53,014 bases of DNA from an uncultured bacterium (GCA_964601015.1 CAZRLY010000004.1:1-53014); one strand, 5' to 3'; counted from the first letter of the stretch, positions 9,586-23,300 are shown. Notes: generated from the sequence alone by a model not told the origin. A program made the numbers and translations.

Positions 9586-11154
9586 ATGTCTGAAGCGAAG
9601 AAACTAAACGAAACTAACTATCAAAATATCGAACTGACTGACGAGGGGATTATATTCAAGCGGCGCGGTTTTCTTCGCAGCATTCGTTCGGCTGTCGCAT
9701 ATAGCGATGTTGAAACCGTCATGCTAAATGAGAAAGATAAACGGCTTGCTATTCTCAAAAAGGATGGGGAGTTATTATCTATCAAAAAAGGGCTTATTGC
9801 CCGTTGCAGGCGGATGACGGATGAATTACATAAAATAATTTCCGAGAAAGTAGAAAATGCAAAGGCAAAGTTAATGTGGCAGAGCATTCCGCTTCAATTT
9901 GATGTATTAAATCAGCAGATTAACGAACTTGTGGTTGAGGGAGACAAGATGAACGTATGTGATTTAGCCGAACTGCTCCTGATTCAATCCGTATGCCATG
10001 GTGCCAGCGACATTCACATTGAACCGCATCAATCCCCTTCTCATCGTGATGGGGATAACAATGCCAGTCTGTGTCAACCCACCTCCCTTGTGAGAGGGGG
10101 ATTAAGAGTACGCTACCGGATAGACGGTTTCTTTCGTGACATCGCTTATATTCCAGGACACATCAAAAACAGATTAATCTCGCGAATAAAGGTTATCTCA
10201 AACCTTATCATCTACAAACACAACATTCCACAGGAGGGGAGCATTCGTTTAACGGTGGATGGATTGAGCGTGGATTTCAGGGTATCCATCATCCCCACTA
10301 TTATGGGCGAAAAGATAGTCATCAGAGCTTTTGATATTTTGGGTGCCTCTCGGAAGGCGGGAAACGAGATTGGCTCATCCGGGCAAAAGGCGGAAGAATT
10401 GCGTCCTCTATTTACTTCTGAAGGGAAGAACGAAGCGGTAGTTGATGTCTTATTTTTAGAATCCCTTGGCTTTACCGATGATGTGCTAAAGGGCTTTGAA
10501 TCGTTGATACTTCAAAATCAAGGGACGATTATTCTGACCGGCCCTTCTGGTAGCGGCAAGACAACAACTCTCTACTCAGCTTTGCGTCGGATACATCAGG
10601 TTAGAGGCGATAGCGTAAGCATCGTTTCCATAGAAGACCCGGTCGAATACAACCTCGAAGTGGCCAACCAGATTCAGGTGGATACACATAACGGATTGAC
10701 CTTCGCAAAAACCTTAGCTTCTGTGTTACGTCAGGACCCGGAGGTTATAATGGTGGGGGAGATACGCGACCCGGAGACTGCTGAAATAGCGATTCAAGCG
10801 GGGTTGACAGGGCATTTAGTGCTAACAACTGTCCACAGCGGAACAGCAGCGGGTGTATTTACGAGATTGCTTGACATGGGTTTGGAACCGTTTTTGGTAG
10901 CATCGTCGGTCAGAGGTATAGTAGCGCAACGTCTTGTGCGCCGTAAGACGATGACAAACTACAAGGGACGTACAGCAATCGCTGAACTATTGAGCGTCAC
11001 AGATGACATCAGGGAACTTATCATGAAGAGAAGCACTACCGGTGTTATTGAAGAAAAAGCACGCGAGTTGGGAATGCAAACCCTGAAAGAAAACGGACAC
11101 CAAAAAGTAGAAAATGGCATTACGACAGAGGAAGAACTTATTAGAGTTCTGTAA
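9586..11154 (+). CDS. gspE: GspE/PilB-family secretion ATPase with atypical features: non-canonical N-terminus, two internal insertions, and no tetracysteine motif
   Basis: GGGGAGG SD 5 nt before ATG 9586 (the ORF itself opens at TTG 9559). Motifs present: ASDIHIEP, RYRIDG, Walker A GPSGSGKTTT, Asp box SIEDPVEY, Walker B DPEVIMVGEIRD, His box GHLVLTTVHS. Confidence 0.85.
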   Translation: MSEAKKLNETNYQNIELTDEGIIFKRRGFLRSIRSAVAYSDVETVMLNEKDKRLAILKKDGELLSIKKGLIARCRRMTDELHKIISEKVENAKAKLMWQSIPLQFDVLNQQINELVVEGDKMNVCDLAELLLIQSVCHGASDIHIEPHQSPSHRDGDNNASLCQPTSLVRGGLRVRYRIDGFFRDIAYIPGHIKNRLISRIKVISNLIIYKHNIPQEGSIRLTVDGLSVDFRVSIIPTIMGEKIVIRAFDILGASRKAGNEIGSSGQKAEELRPLFTSEGKNEAVVDVLFLESLGFTDDVLKGFESLILQNQGTIILTGPSGSGKTTTLYSALRRIHQVRGDSVSIVSIEDPVEYNLEVANQIQVDTHNGLTFAKTLASVLRQDPEVIMVGEIRDPETAEIAIQAGLTGHLVLTTVHSGTAAGVFTRLLDMGLEPFLVASSVRGIVAQRLVRRKTMTNYKGRTAIAELLSVTDDIRELIMKRSTTGVIEEKARELGMQTLKENGHQKVENGITTEEELIRVL

Positions 11155-11213
11155 TTATGTGCGTAAAATATACTGAGCGCGATTGGGTTTTGTGTCTTTG
11201 GGAATATGACAAG

Positions 11214-11237
11214 TAAAGAGTAATGAGTAACAAGTAA
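11214..11237 (+). repeat. Heptamer TAA ladder (AGTAAAG AGTAATG AGTAACA AGTAAAA)
   Basis: TAA occurs at 11214, 11221, 11228 and 11235, an exact 7-nt period. The 19-nt core AGTAAAGAGTAATGAGTAA is identical to 49892-49910. Confidence 0.85.
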
Positions 11238-11291
11238 AATTATTACTTTTTACAGAAAACAGGCGAAAAAGCTCCCGCATTCACGCGTGGA

Positions 11292-11314
11292 GTCAATCTT
11301 CAATCCATTCACTC
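11292..11314 (-). repeat. Copy of the TGA-ladder element (core TCAATCTTCAATCCAYTCAC as read on the plus strand)
   Basis: The 20-nt core at 11293-11312 differs by 1 nt from 45811-45830. It is the reverse complement of the element at 37864-37898. Confidence 0.8.
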
Positions 11315-11354
11315 TTTACTTTCCACAAATCTAATCTGCGCTCTTTTAATTATC

Positions 11355-14300
11355 ATGAAAAAAACAATACTTATTCTAATTATTATTTTCATCTCTTCAT
11401 CGTTCTGTTATTCAGCGACGATATCTCAGTTACAAATCAGCCCCAATCCACTTTCACCGGACGGAGATAAAAATGAGGACACATGCAAAATATCCTTTAT
11501 GTTAGATGTACCGGTAGACGTAATCATTCGCATTAGCGATAGGGCTGACAATGTCGTCTTAGAGGACAAGCGGAAGCGTAAAAGTGGTTTAAACGAATAC
11601 GTTTGGGAACCAGGCGCGGGAACACTAAGCGATGGAGACTATACGGTAAACATCATAATAGACGGGGAAACGAAAGCGTCAAGCAGTGTAACTATTGATA
11701 CGCAACCCATTATCAATTTTTTCGTAGCGAACGGGCTCAGTCCCGTTCTGCCCAACCCTTTCTCTCCCGATGGAAATGGCATCAATGATAGTTTGACCAT
11801 ACGGTATCGCTTGGCGATTCGGTCGAAGGTATTCATAAACATAGACAATGGCTCTATAATTCTGGATTTGGGCACTGTTGATGCAGGGACTAATGAATAC
11901 ATTTATACGCCTGCAGTTGACACATTCCAAAATGATGGAATACATCAGCTTGAAATAGTCGCAGACACAGATAACGATGGTATTGATGAATTTGACCCGA
12001 AGACGGAATCATACTCTGTTCGCGTCGACATAGCCGGTCCGAGGATTACCAACCTCCGCACAGAACCTGATTCACTTTCGCCATCTTCAGGGGAAGTAGA
12101 AGATAACGTCTCTATAACCATCAGTTTTAATCTCTCCGAAAATGCACTGGTTAGCATCCTGATTAAAGACGCATCGCATAACGAGCTTTTATCGGATACT
12201 CGTATGCGCGATGCCGGCTTAAACTCTTACGTTTGGGAGTTTGGGCAGCCAATTGGCGATGGGTTATATACAATCCTCGCCGTAGCAGATGAAGGCAAAA
12301 ACGGCATTGATGATGACGAACAAATAACGACGCATTTACTCGTAACGGATGTTCCTGCGGCGAATATAATCACCAATATTTCAGTAAACCCCAATCCGTA
12401 TTCTCCAAACAAACACGATAAGGTTGATATTACCTTTGTATTGTCAAACGACGCAAACGTTCAGATAAAACTGTCAGGTGCGATTATTGACGAATACCAA
12501 CAACGCCGAGCAGGCATCAATAAGTTTCTCTTCACCCCAACTGGTATCCCCGACGGCATACATGAAATAGCCATCAATGTTGATTTTAATGGCGATGGAA
12601 CAGCAGATAAACAAATAACCACCGCTTATGTAATTGACTCTACACCCCCAATAATTAGCAACATATCCGTTTTCCCTTCTCGCCTCTCGCCGAATGGTGA
12701 TGGGCTAAATGATTTCGCTGAAATAAGTTTCATGGTATCAGGAACCAGCCCACAGCCCATACCACCGTCTGTTGACCCAAATGGCAGCGTTGGAATATTT
12801 GAATTCGATGACGAAGGTTCAGGTAAATGGCTTTCGGCACCGCCATTGCCGATTCCAGCAGGAGCCAGGTTGTCTGTCACACCATTAGCAGCCCCCGAGG
12901 AGACGATATCACTCACAATCAGCGGGACATACAGGGGCAGTGTGGTAACCGATGAGATAGGGCTGCTCGAAGGAGAAATGCTCTCCAAAATCACCCTCAG
13001 TGCATACGACTCAGTTACTGACATAACAGATGTAAAAGGTGCCAACGTTGGGGAGAAAATTTGGATAGCTTGGTTCACGGGAAATGTCGCCGTAAACATC
13101 TATACTCAGGAAGGTGAGCTTAAAACAATTGTCTTAGTTAAACCGAGTTTTCACGGAGACGGGCTATACCGCGCAGAGTGGCTGCCCTCTGAATTCATAG
13201 AAGACGGAAATTATATATTCAGAATCATAGCCCAAGACGATGTCGGCAACTCTTCACAGCAATCAGGCGGTATCTCTACCAGCAGAACCTCAATAGAGAT
13301 AAAAAATCCGAACGTCTCCTCCAAACGCATTTCGCCCTTGGAACAAGATACCATAACCGATGAATTGATTATCTCGTTTGAACTATCCAAACCAGGTACT
13401 GTCACAGCAAAGATATTAGATTTGCATCAGACTCCGCCTGAAGAAGTGCGAATACTATCACCGCAAGAGGGTACTCCCCTGAACTATACTGTTGTCTGGG
13501 ATGGAAAAGATGAGGATGGCTTCTATGTCTGTCTCTTGGGGGATACAGGCATTGAGAAAACCTACAGTTTTACCATTGCCGCCATAGATACTGAGACATC
13601 AGACGTAGTGGAATATAATGGCACTGTAATAGTCGATAACGAAAGGCCATCTGCCCCTACTGTAAAGATATCTCCGCCGAACAACAGAGACGAAGGCATG
13701 GAAAATCAGCCTACTAATCAGACGGAGATAACAGTAAAGGGAGTTGCTGAACCAGCGAGCACGGTGGAGATAAAGATAGATGGAGTCATAATTGGCAGCG
13801 TAGCAGCAGACAGCGCGACCGGTGAATATAGCATGCCGGATATCTCCATCACGGAAGGCATGCACAGGATAACAGCGCGGGCTATTGATAGTGCAGGCAA
13901 CCGTGGAACGGAAGCGTATGTGGAGGATGATTCTCTGGCTGAACGAGGGTATTACAACGAAAAGGGAGTTTACATAAAGGGGTATTACGTGGTGGATATA
14001 ACAAAACCTACCACGAATATCAAGAACGTTTTGTTCAAGAACGTCTTGGGGGAGGAGGAAATGTCGGAATATATTTCGTTAGGTTGGTATTCCTCTTCGG
14101 TGACGATAAACTTAACCGCAGAAGACAATTACTCTAAAGAAGGTAAAATTGATACCTTCGCAAAAGCGATAAGACTGGAGGATGCTCAAGAACAAACGCC
14201 GCCTACCGAAGAAGACCTAACGGATAGCATTATAATCGAAGAGGATGGCATTTATGAGTTGAAATATTTTTCCAGAGATGCCGCGGGGAACATAGAAGAG

Positions 14301-17300
14301 GTCAAAACAGCCATAAATCAGGTTAAAATAGACAAGATACCTCCGGAGAGCATAATTACGAAGCTTGTGGCCGGCGGGCAAACGGTCAAAGAGGATGAGT
14401 TTGACGCGCCAATTATCTTTACCAAATCGCCTATATTTATCAGAGGTACAGCGTCTGATAAAATGCAGGACTCCGGGATAACAGGTTCGGGCATCAACAA
14501 AGTGGAAGTTGGAATCAGCAAGGACGGGGAGCCGATGACAGATGATGATTGGTATACTGCCGACGGTGCGTCTATGGGAAGTTGGACGCTTAACTTCGCG
14601 CCTGAAGCGACCGGGCTTTACGAGATAGCCTCCTGCGCCACAGATAACGCCGGCAACAAAGAAACGTATACGGACAAGATAAGAATCTATTTTACCGCCG
14701 TTTATGATACGGCTTTCGCCATCTCCTTATCCCAAGGGCGTATAAGATTATCCTGGCCGCTTGTGGATGGGGTAGAAAAATACGACATATATCGAAATAC
14801 GGTAGAAGAATTTGACCAGGGAAATCGGGTTGCAGAAAACCTTGAGTTCGCAAACTGGGTTGACGACAAACCGAAAGAGGATGGCAACCGTTACTACTAC
14901 TGGATTAAAAAAGCGGGAGCGGAAGCAAGCGAACCAGCACTGTTTCCTGTAATAAATGCCGTCTGCGATAAAAATTCGCCGGTAGGTGAAATTACCAGCA
15001 TAGAAGTGGAAATAAGCAATACATTGGTTAAATACACAGAATTTGAGAATATACCGCCTCTAAAGAACACCCCAATAATCGTAAATGGGACAGCCACTGA
15101 TGAAGTCTCTGGAGTCAGCAGGATTGAAATAGGCATAAAGAAAGACGGTGGCCAGATAGATTGGTCTCCTATTGATGTGGTGAATCCTGGTGAACCCGGC
15201 GGTTCACCTTCCGTAACCTTCTCCTACAAATTTGTACCCACACATACAGGCAGCTATTTAATCCAGTTGCGAGTAACGGATGAAGTGGGCAATAGCAATA
15301 TTGTAGGCATTCCTCCGAGTGGTAGTCCTCTTACCATAGATTTTCTCATTGAAGGAACAGCAACGCCAATCTCAGATGGACGGATCTGGCTATCTTGGGT
15401 ACCTCAAGCCTCGGCCACAGGATACGACATATACCGCCAGACTACGCCGGCGTTCGACCCAAATACGAACCCAATAGCGACTGTGATAAGCCCTACATGG
15501 CTCGACACAAACACAATAGACGGCACCAAATACTACTACTGGGTAACCCCAAAAGGCAGTCTGAAACCGGAGAGCCGGAACCCGTTAGCTTACGCTATAT
15601 CAGACAGCCGCCCGCCGCAAATAGAAAACATCGCCGCATCGCCAACTCCCTTCACGCCTGATGGCGACCGATTGGATGACCAAACTACCATCTACTTTAC
15701 GCTCACAGAAGAATGCTATGCAACTTTGCACATCTACAATAGCGATGGAGAAATACTAAAAAAACTACTGGTCAACCAACACTTGACAGCGGGTGACCAA
15801 TTGGTTGTGTGGGATGGCATAAAAGATGACGGCAAAGGGGCACCGCCTGGAATATATACGTTCAAATTTGAACGAACTGAAACGTTTGACCTGGCGGGCA
15901 ACACATTGCTGCAAGATATAACCGGCACCGTTGAAATCCACGAAAGCGCGCTCACCCTGAGCCACCTGTACGTCAAGCCAAATCCGTTTTCGCCTGATGG
16001 AGATAAAATCAACGACAGCACATACATCAATTACGTGCTTTCAGCAAAAGCTGATTATGTAGCAGTCAATATATTTGACACGGTGAGCGGCGTACAAAGT
16101 CGCATTAACTCCATCTATGTCGAAGCTTTGAGATACGTCTATGACGCAGGAAGCGGAAGGTGGGTAGCCGTACACGTTAGAGACGGCATTCCAACTGGTA
16201 AATCCAATGAACACTACTATTTGGCACCAGTTGACCCAAAAGATCCGACAGAACCCCCGTTTGAATTTGAAGAGATACCCGATATGGCACCTACAATTGA
16301 TGATTACCTTGCAAACTACCAGACAGAAAATCCAAATTGGGTGCCCGTTTCCTTCGCTGTAAAGTGGACCGGTGGTGGTGCTGCAAATCAAGGCGCATAC
16401 ATCTTTCAAATCTTGGCAGCGGACACCGCAGGACGGCGTTCTCTCGAAAAAACAGGTGAGATAATACTTGAGAGCATAAACGTTGTGCCGAACGACAAAA
16501 CCCCCCCCGTAGTCGTGCAGACTTATCCAATAGAAGAGTCTGAGGTACACGAACAACTCACGAAGGTGTGGGCCGAGTTAAGTGACGGACAGGGAGTTGG
16601 AATTGACCTATCTCAATGTACTATCCGACTGCAAGGCAGCAGCGGCACTATCAGCGGAGAGCAATCCAACAACGGGAGTAACAGAATCACCTGGGAACTG
16701 GATGAACCACTCAACCAATATGGAAAGGACGACGGCGCCTACTATATCATCATCTCAACCATTGACTTGGCCTCAAACCGCTCGCCCGGATTGCTCGTAC
16801 ACAAATTTACCTACAACATGAAAGCGAAGGACGTATTCCTGCCCAGCGTAACCCGAGCAGACATCATCGTAATTGACCAAGAAACAAAGGAAAACAGATA
16901 CCCTTTAGCTTACGATGAAAACCCGGCACTCATTGAAAACGGTTTGATACCCGACGATAGAAATACAGGGGATATTCTGCAATTCAAGGAAGAATTCGAT
17001 ATCGTAAGAGCGCATATAACTGACCAAAGTCAGGCGAGCCCTTACAATACTGGAATAGACTTTAATAACTCAATCATAAGCATAATCAACCCTTACGGGC
17101 AGGTTTTAGAGGGCTATCGGCAGGATACGTTAGATTCCGAAGAAGATTTGTGGAACGGTGCGCTAATCTATCAACTGGATTCAACGCAAATTTTAGACTA
17201 CGGCGAATACAAAATCGAAGTAGTCCCCTACGACAATGCCGGAAATTCTGGAAGAAAATTGACCTATACTTTCAGATACCAAACGGATGAAGATACAACA

Positions 17301-20300
17301 GAACCCGACAATAAGCCGCCAAAACAACCTGAAATAAAATTTCTCCTGCCAGACGAACCCAAGATTATAATTAAAGTAAAGGACGCATCTACGGAAGAAC
17401 AACCATCCAGCGGAATAAATTACCAGGAAACGCAAGATAGCATCAAAGTTTTGCTTGACGGTAGTACAGTTGCGGGTAATATAACCTACACAAGCGGTAA
17501 AGATGTGGAGACGGGCGATGTTATGTGTTCTTTTGAGTTTACCATAACCAGTCCCTCAAGTGCGGGGTTGGTGGAAGGTAGGTATACTGTCGAAGTGGTG
17601 TCAGTTGATAACAACGGTTTAACTTATCCCGAGGATGGTAAACCTTATACGCTCTTCTTTTTGCTCGACAATACCTCCCCAGAAGTTACACCCGGTTATC
17701 CTAAAGAGGGGGATATTTTTCAATTCTTCCCAGAATTGGTATATGTAAAACTTAAGGACGACGTATCGGCAATCGACCAGAGCAATTCTGCGATTAAACT
17801 GCTCAATCCCGACAACGGGGAAATTCCCTGGATAACAGAATTCAAACTTGATGAAGGTGAAAAAGAAGCCGAACTGATACTAAAAGCCCCAGAGGGAGAC
17901 AACCCGGAAATACAAAAACTCATCATTGACGGATGGTATAGGCTTTGCGTCATCGCCGCGGATGTATCAGGTAACCGAAACGCAGAAGAACAGCACATCA
18001 CATTTCGATTTGACCCAAATGCTACCGATGTGCTTATGGAACCTGCGGCAGATAGCAGGAAAAACGGCGACATCAATGAAATCCGATTTACCTTCTCGAA
18101 TAGGAGTGTAGATTTTGACCTGAACGCAGCCACTGTACTCATTGATTTGAAAGGACTGGATGGAATTTCCATAATTGGCCCACCAGCCAGCACCATAAAC
18201 AAAAGTACCGCCGTATTCACGCCCACTGTCCCGCTGACAATTGATGGTTGGTATTCTATCACACTTACCCTGAAAGATGATGAAGAAAACACAATAGACT
18301 TTGTCAAAGGATTCCGCTACGACAATACCCCTCCGGAAATACTTGGTGACGTAGATATTAACTTGGACGAGTTGTATGTATCTGCTACTGTAGAGGATAT
18401 GGGAGACGCAAGCGGCATTGACGCAAACAGAACCGGTGTTGTACTGTTTGGCGGGACAGAGTCCGCCGCTACGGAACGCGTACCAGGATACCTTGATAAC
18501 AGCGTAACCGTAACTGAAAATATCAACGATGGTGGTAAACAGGTGGAGATTGTCAGACAGTTGACCAGCAAATGGGTATACAAGCAGTCCCTACCGTCAG
18601 GGGGATATACCATCCGAGTGACAGCGGTAGATGAGGCAGGCAACGCCAAATCCTCTGATGTTACATTCAACATTGATGCACAACCACCTGTCCTCTCAAA
18701 CGCTGAAATGACAATCTTGGAATCCGGCGAAGAGACAACGACGCAGATAGATGTGAATCTCGCTCCCGAAGCTCGACCGATAAATTACCTGGTCAAAGAG
18801 ATAACCACTACTTTAAGCGATGACCAAACTGGATTGAACCTCAAAGAGTCCTCTATTCAGCTTTGGTTCTCTCTGACGAAAGCATCAGTAAGGGAGGAGA
18901 TTATATCCTCCGTCCAGAGCAAACCGCCCGCGTCTTTAACCGTTTCGCCCACTGTGCCGTTGAGTTTAAGCGGCTATTATACGCTCTCCATCACCGTTGC
19001 TGATTTATCAGGTAATGAAGCTAACTTGGAATGGCAGTTCCTCTTCGATAATATTCCACCGAATATTGGCGCAATTAAAGCCGTAGGTGGTATAAGCGAT
19101 TACGAAATTAGCGAAAACGACATCATCTTCGCACAGTTTAGTGAGATAAAAGTGGAACTGGACGATGAGGGAACATCAATGGATACCATAGATACCTCCC
19201 TGCTCGTCCGCAATAACACCACGGGGAACATCGTCGCCGGAAAGCTGAATAATACTGAAACCGATAGTAGTTGGATTGCCTCAAAAACGCTGGAGTCTGG
19301 TACTTATATCCTTGAGATTACTGCCGTTGATGAAGCCAACAACAGTACACAAAAGACAATTAACTTCAGCGTAGACGCCCGCAACACTCCACAACTGGTC
19401 AAACTGGTAGCGGGACAGAGCGCGACCGAGAGCAACGTCCCATATTCAGGTGGCATCGTCTCAAAAATGTTCCACAAACTTACCGCCACATTAGAAGCAC
19501 TCGAAGATACGACTCTCGCCCTGGCACAATCTCAGATAACCTTAATTGGTCCAAATGGCAAGGTGGAAGGAACCCAATCGCTAATATCCGAGAGCGATAA
19601 AAAAGGTTCTATTATTTTCACCCTCGATAACCCACCAACCATTGATGGTACTTCAGACGGGCGATATACTATAGAAATTGACGCGGCAGATGATACTAAA
19701 TTTCTCCCACGTCACTTCACCGTCGAATTTATCTACGATACTATGTCCCCTGTGATAAGCAGGCTGATTCTCGAAGGGAAAGAATACCAATTTGCAGATG
19801 AAACTGTTTACGCCAACGATGTAAATAGTCTTACCATCGTCTTATCCGATTCATCCGGAATAGACATGGAGGCTACCAACTTTGTCGTTAAATATCCTGA
19901 TTCTCCCGATGACATCACCTACAAGGGAAGTGATTTGAGCGTTTCGCCCTTTATTTTCAGCCTTCCGTTAGAAAACCTATCCGCCAACGGGACGTATATA
20001 CTTGAGGTTTTACCCGTGGATGTAGCAGGAAACCGCCCATCATCTCCATATCAAGCGCGATTCGTCTTCGATACAACAGCGCCCCAGATTGCATCATCCA
20101 CGCCAGTTGCAGACACTACCGCAACGGGAGTCTTATCTACAATAACCGTAACTTTGACGGACGGTAGTGGCAGTGGCGTCGCACCCGAACTCAGTTCGCT
20201 TATGCTTACCAAAAACGACGTACCTATCGACGGCGTCCTCAGTTATGATGTAGATACGCTTACCTGGGAATTTTTAACGCCCTTGAGCGCTAACACTCCA

Positions 20301-23300
20301 TCCGCAGACGGACTCTACTGCATAACTGTATCCGCAGAAGACCGACTGGGCAATCAGCAAACACACTCATTCAACTTCAATTATGCGGCTTCTTCACCGT
20401 TGCTCATCTCAACGACACCAGAACAAAATGAGTGGACAAAAGGGCCCGTTACGGAAATACAAGCCGTATTCAGGACGCAAACGCAGGGTGATATTGGCGT
20501 TTCAAACATCACACTCATTCGTCAACCGTTTGACAAAGATACTGCCATAGTCGTAGTGGATTCAGAGGACGCTGCCATCGAAAAACTAAACGCAAATGAG
20601 TACCGGTTGGGGTACGTCCTCCTGGGGCTTTTAGAGGATGGATATTATCAGATAAAAATTGACCTTAGTTACGATGAAAGCGCAAAAGCAAACTACGAGA
20701 GCGTTTTTTACTACGACGCATCCCCCCCGTACATCAACAATCTCTGTCTTGGGCGGGTGTACACCGTCGCCCAAGACAAAAACACATTCCCCGCAGATGG
20801 AAGCGCCACAAACACACCCCTGAAGGAAGTGTCGGTGACTTTTGCTGACAACGTTGGCGTTGACGCACAAAAGGTCAATCTCAGTCTGATTGGGCCGAGA
20901 GGCGAGATAGATGCGAGCCAGGTTACGGAAGGGCAAACACCCGCCCCTACGAGAAATACAATTTCGTTACAATTTCCTATCCTCTCCGCAAACGGCAGCG
21001 CAGATGGTGAATACAGACTGGTAGTATCGTCTATCGCCGACACGCTTGGCAACACAGCAGCAACACCAGAGGAGATAACCTTCATATATGATACAACCCC
21101 TCCCAGCATCGTATCACTTACTCCATCGCCGGATATATCCGTAACATCGCCGATTGACAGTGTGATAGTTACGCTCACAGATAATTTGAACCCGATGGGC
21201 GAAACCGTCAAAGGTAGTGGGGTAGATACAACAACATCCTGGGTAAGACTCATTGGTATTAGCGGCGAGCCAATACTGGCATCGTCAAACATAAATCAAG
21301 AAGCAGACGAATACGTTTTAACTCTTTCTTTCGCAGCATTAGCCGGCGATGGAAGCGCAGACGGGACTTATGCAATTGAAGTATATTCGCAGGATAGAGT
21401 GGGAAACACATCCCAAATCACAAAGTTTAACTTTAACTATACGACAGAAGGACCAATTTTAGCATCGGTGAACCCTCCGGATAAATCAGGCTTGAACGTG
21501 CCGCTCAATCAGGTCAAAGTGCAGTTTGCGCCCAATAAGGGCAGAGAACTTGATTTAGACGCGTCGCATATTACCATAAATGGCCCCAATGGCATTGTGT
21601 CAGGGAACACAGTTAGAAGCGAGGTATCCCCGGAAGATACGCTGTTATACATATTTGATGAACCTGTTGGCTACGATGGGCAGTATACTGTGGATATAAC
21701 AGCAGTGGATAAAGAGGGAGCGCAAGCACACTATAGCACGTCTTTTTACTGTGATACCCAGCCCCCGCAAATCGCTCGCGATGCCAAAGGGAAACTTATG
21801 ATAATACCCTCTCCCGGTTCTATGGTAAATGGTGCCCTGACGGAAATCCGCGCAAAATTGACTGATGCCGGAATGGGAATTGACTTGAATAATTCCATCA
21901 TCCAGTTAACCGGTCAAGCTGGCTCAATATTAGCCCCAGACTTAAGTCTGGGGGGCGAATTGACCAATAACGGAGTGGATGAGGTAATATTCACACTTTC
22001 CAATCCATTGTCGCCTGAGAAAGGAACCAACGGCTTATATACAGTCAATGTTATCCCCGTTGATAAACTCGGCAACGCCGCTCCAACAATAACGCAATTC
22101 ACCTACGATACAATAGCCCCCACACTTGTATCCACGTCTCCAGAAGTAGGCGCAGTCATCACAGAACCGATAGATAGTATCGAAGTTGTGCTGACAGACA
22201 GCGCAGGAAGCGGACTAAACGTTGCCAATACGCAGATAACCGTTACAATTGACGGTGATACCATCCTTGATGGTAAGCAAATATACGATGGCAATAATAC
22301 CTTTTTATGGTACTTCAATGAGGCTTTGTCAGTTGACCAAACAGACGCGCTTTCCCTGACGGTTACAATATCCACCGAAGATAACCTTGGCAATGCGAGA
22401 ATAATCACTTGCGATTTTAACTATACCACAGTAGCGCCAGTGCTCCTATCAGTATCTCCAGAAGAAAATTCTAAACTCAACACTCCAATTAAGGAAATCA
22501 GGGCGGTTCTGAAGGACAGAAGCCATACGGGCATTAAATTCGGTGGTGCCTCCTACATCATGCTCTCAAAAACGCCGTTTTCGGGCACTGAGGTTCTAAT
22601 CGCAGGAACTCTTGACGATAACGGAAATGATACATTAATATTCACCCCGGACGACAATCTATCCACAGATGGGCAATCAGATGGTATGTACAACCTTATC
22701 ATTGTTGCGGCAGACAACGCTGAACATGTAGCACTATACAAAAAAAGTTTCTTTTACGATACCCAACCGCCCACAGCTCAAGTTATTTCCCCTGAGGTTG
22801 ACGTTACTTCCGATTCTATATCCCGAATCAGCGCCCGTTTAACCGATGAAGGAGTCGGAATTGACCTGAATTCTTCTGAAATAACCTTAGCGTCGCCGAG
22901 CGGTTCGATAACCGGGCAGAAAGTCCACGATGGGGTAGATACTATCAGCCTGCTTTTCCCACAACTTCCAATGGATGGTACGGCAGACGGCATCTACACA
23001 ATTACCGTCATACCCGTTGACCTTTCCTCAAATTCCCCTGCCGTACCTTTGAGGAAATCCTTTACCTACGATACCACTCCGCCAAGCATTGTGTCGGTAA
23101 AGAGTGGAGGGCAAGCCCTTCACTCTTTACCTGAGATTCAGATAATGGCACCGATAAGCTCTCTCTCCGTAACTCTTGAGGACGTTAATGGAATTGCCCT
23201 ATCTTCTTCTTCGCTCTCATTGCGCTCCCCTAACGGCAACATAGAAGGGGGCGAAAGTCAAAAGTTGGAGGTATCTCAGCAAAGGGCAACGCTGCAGCTT

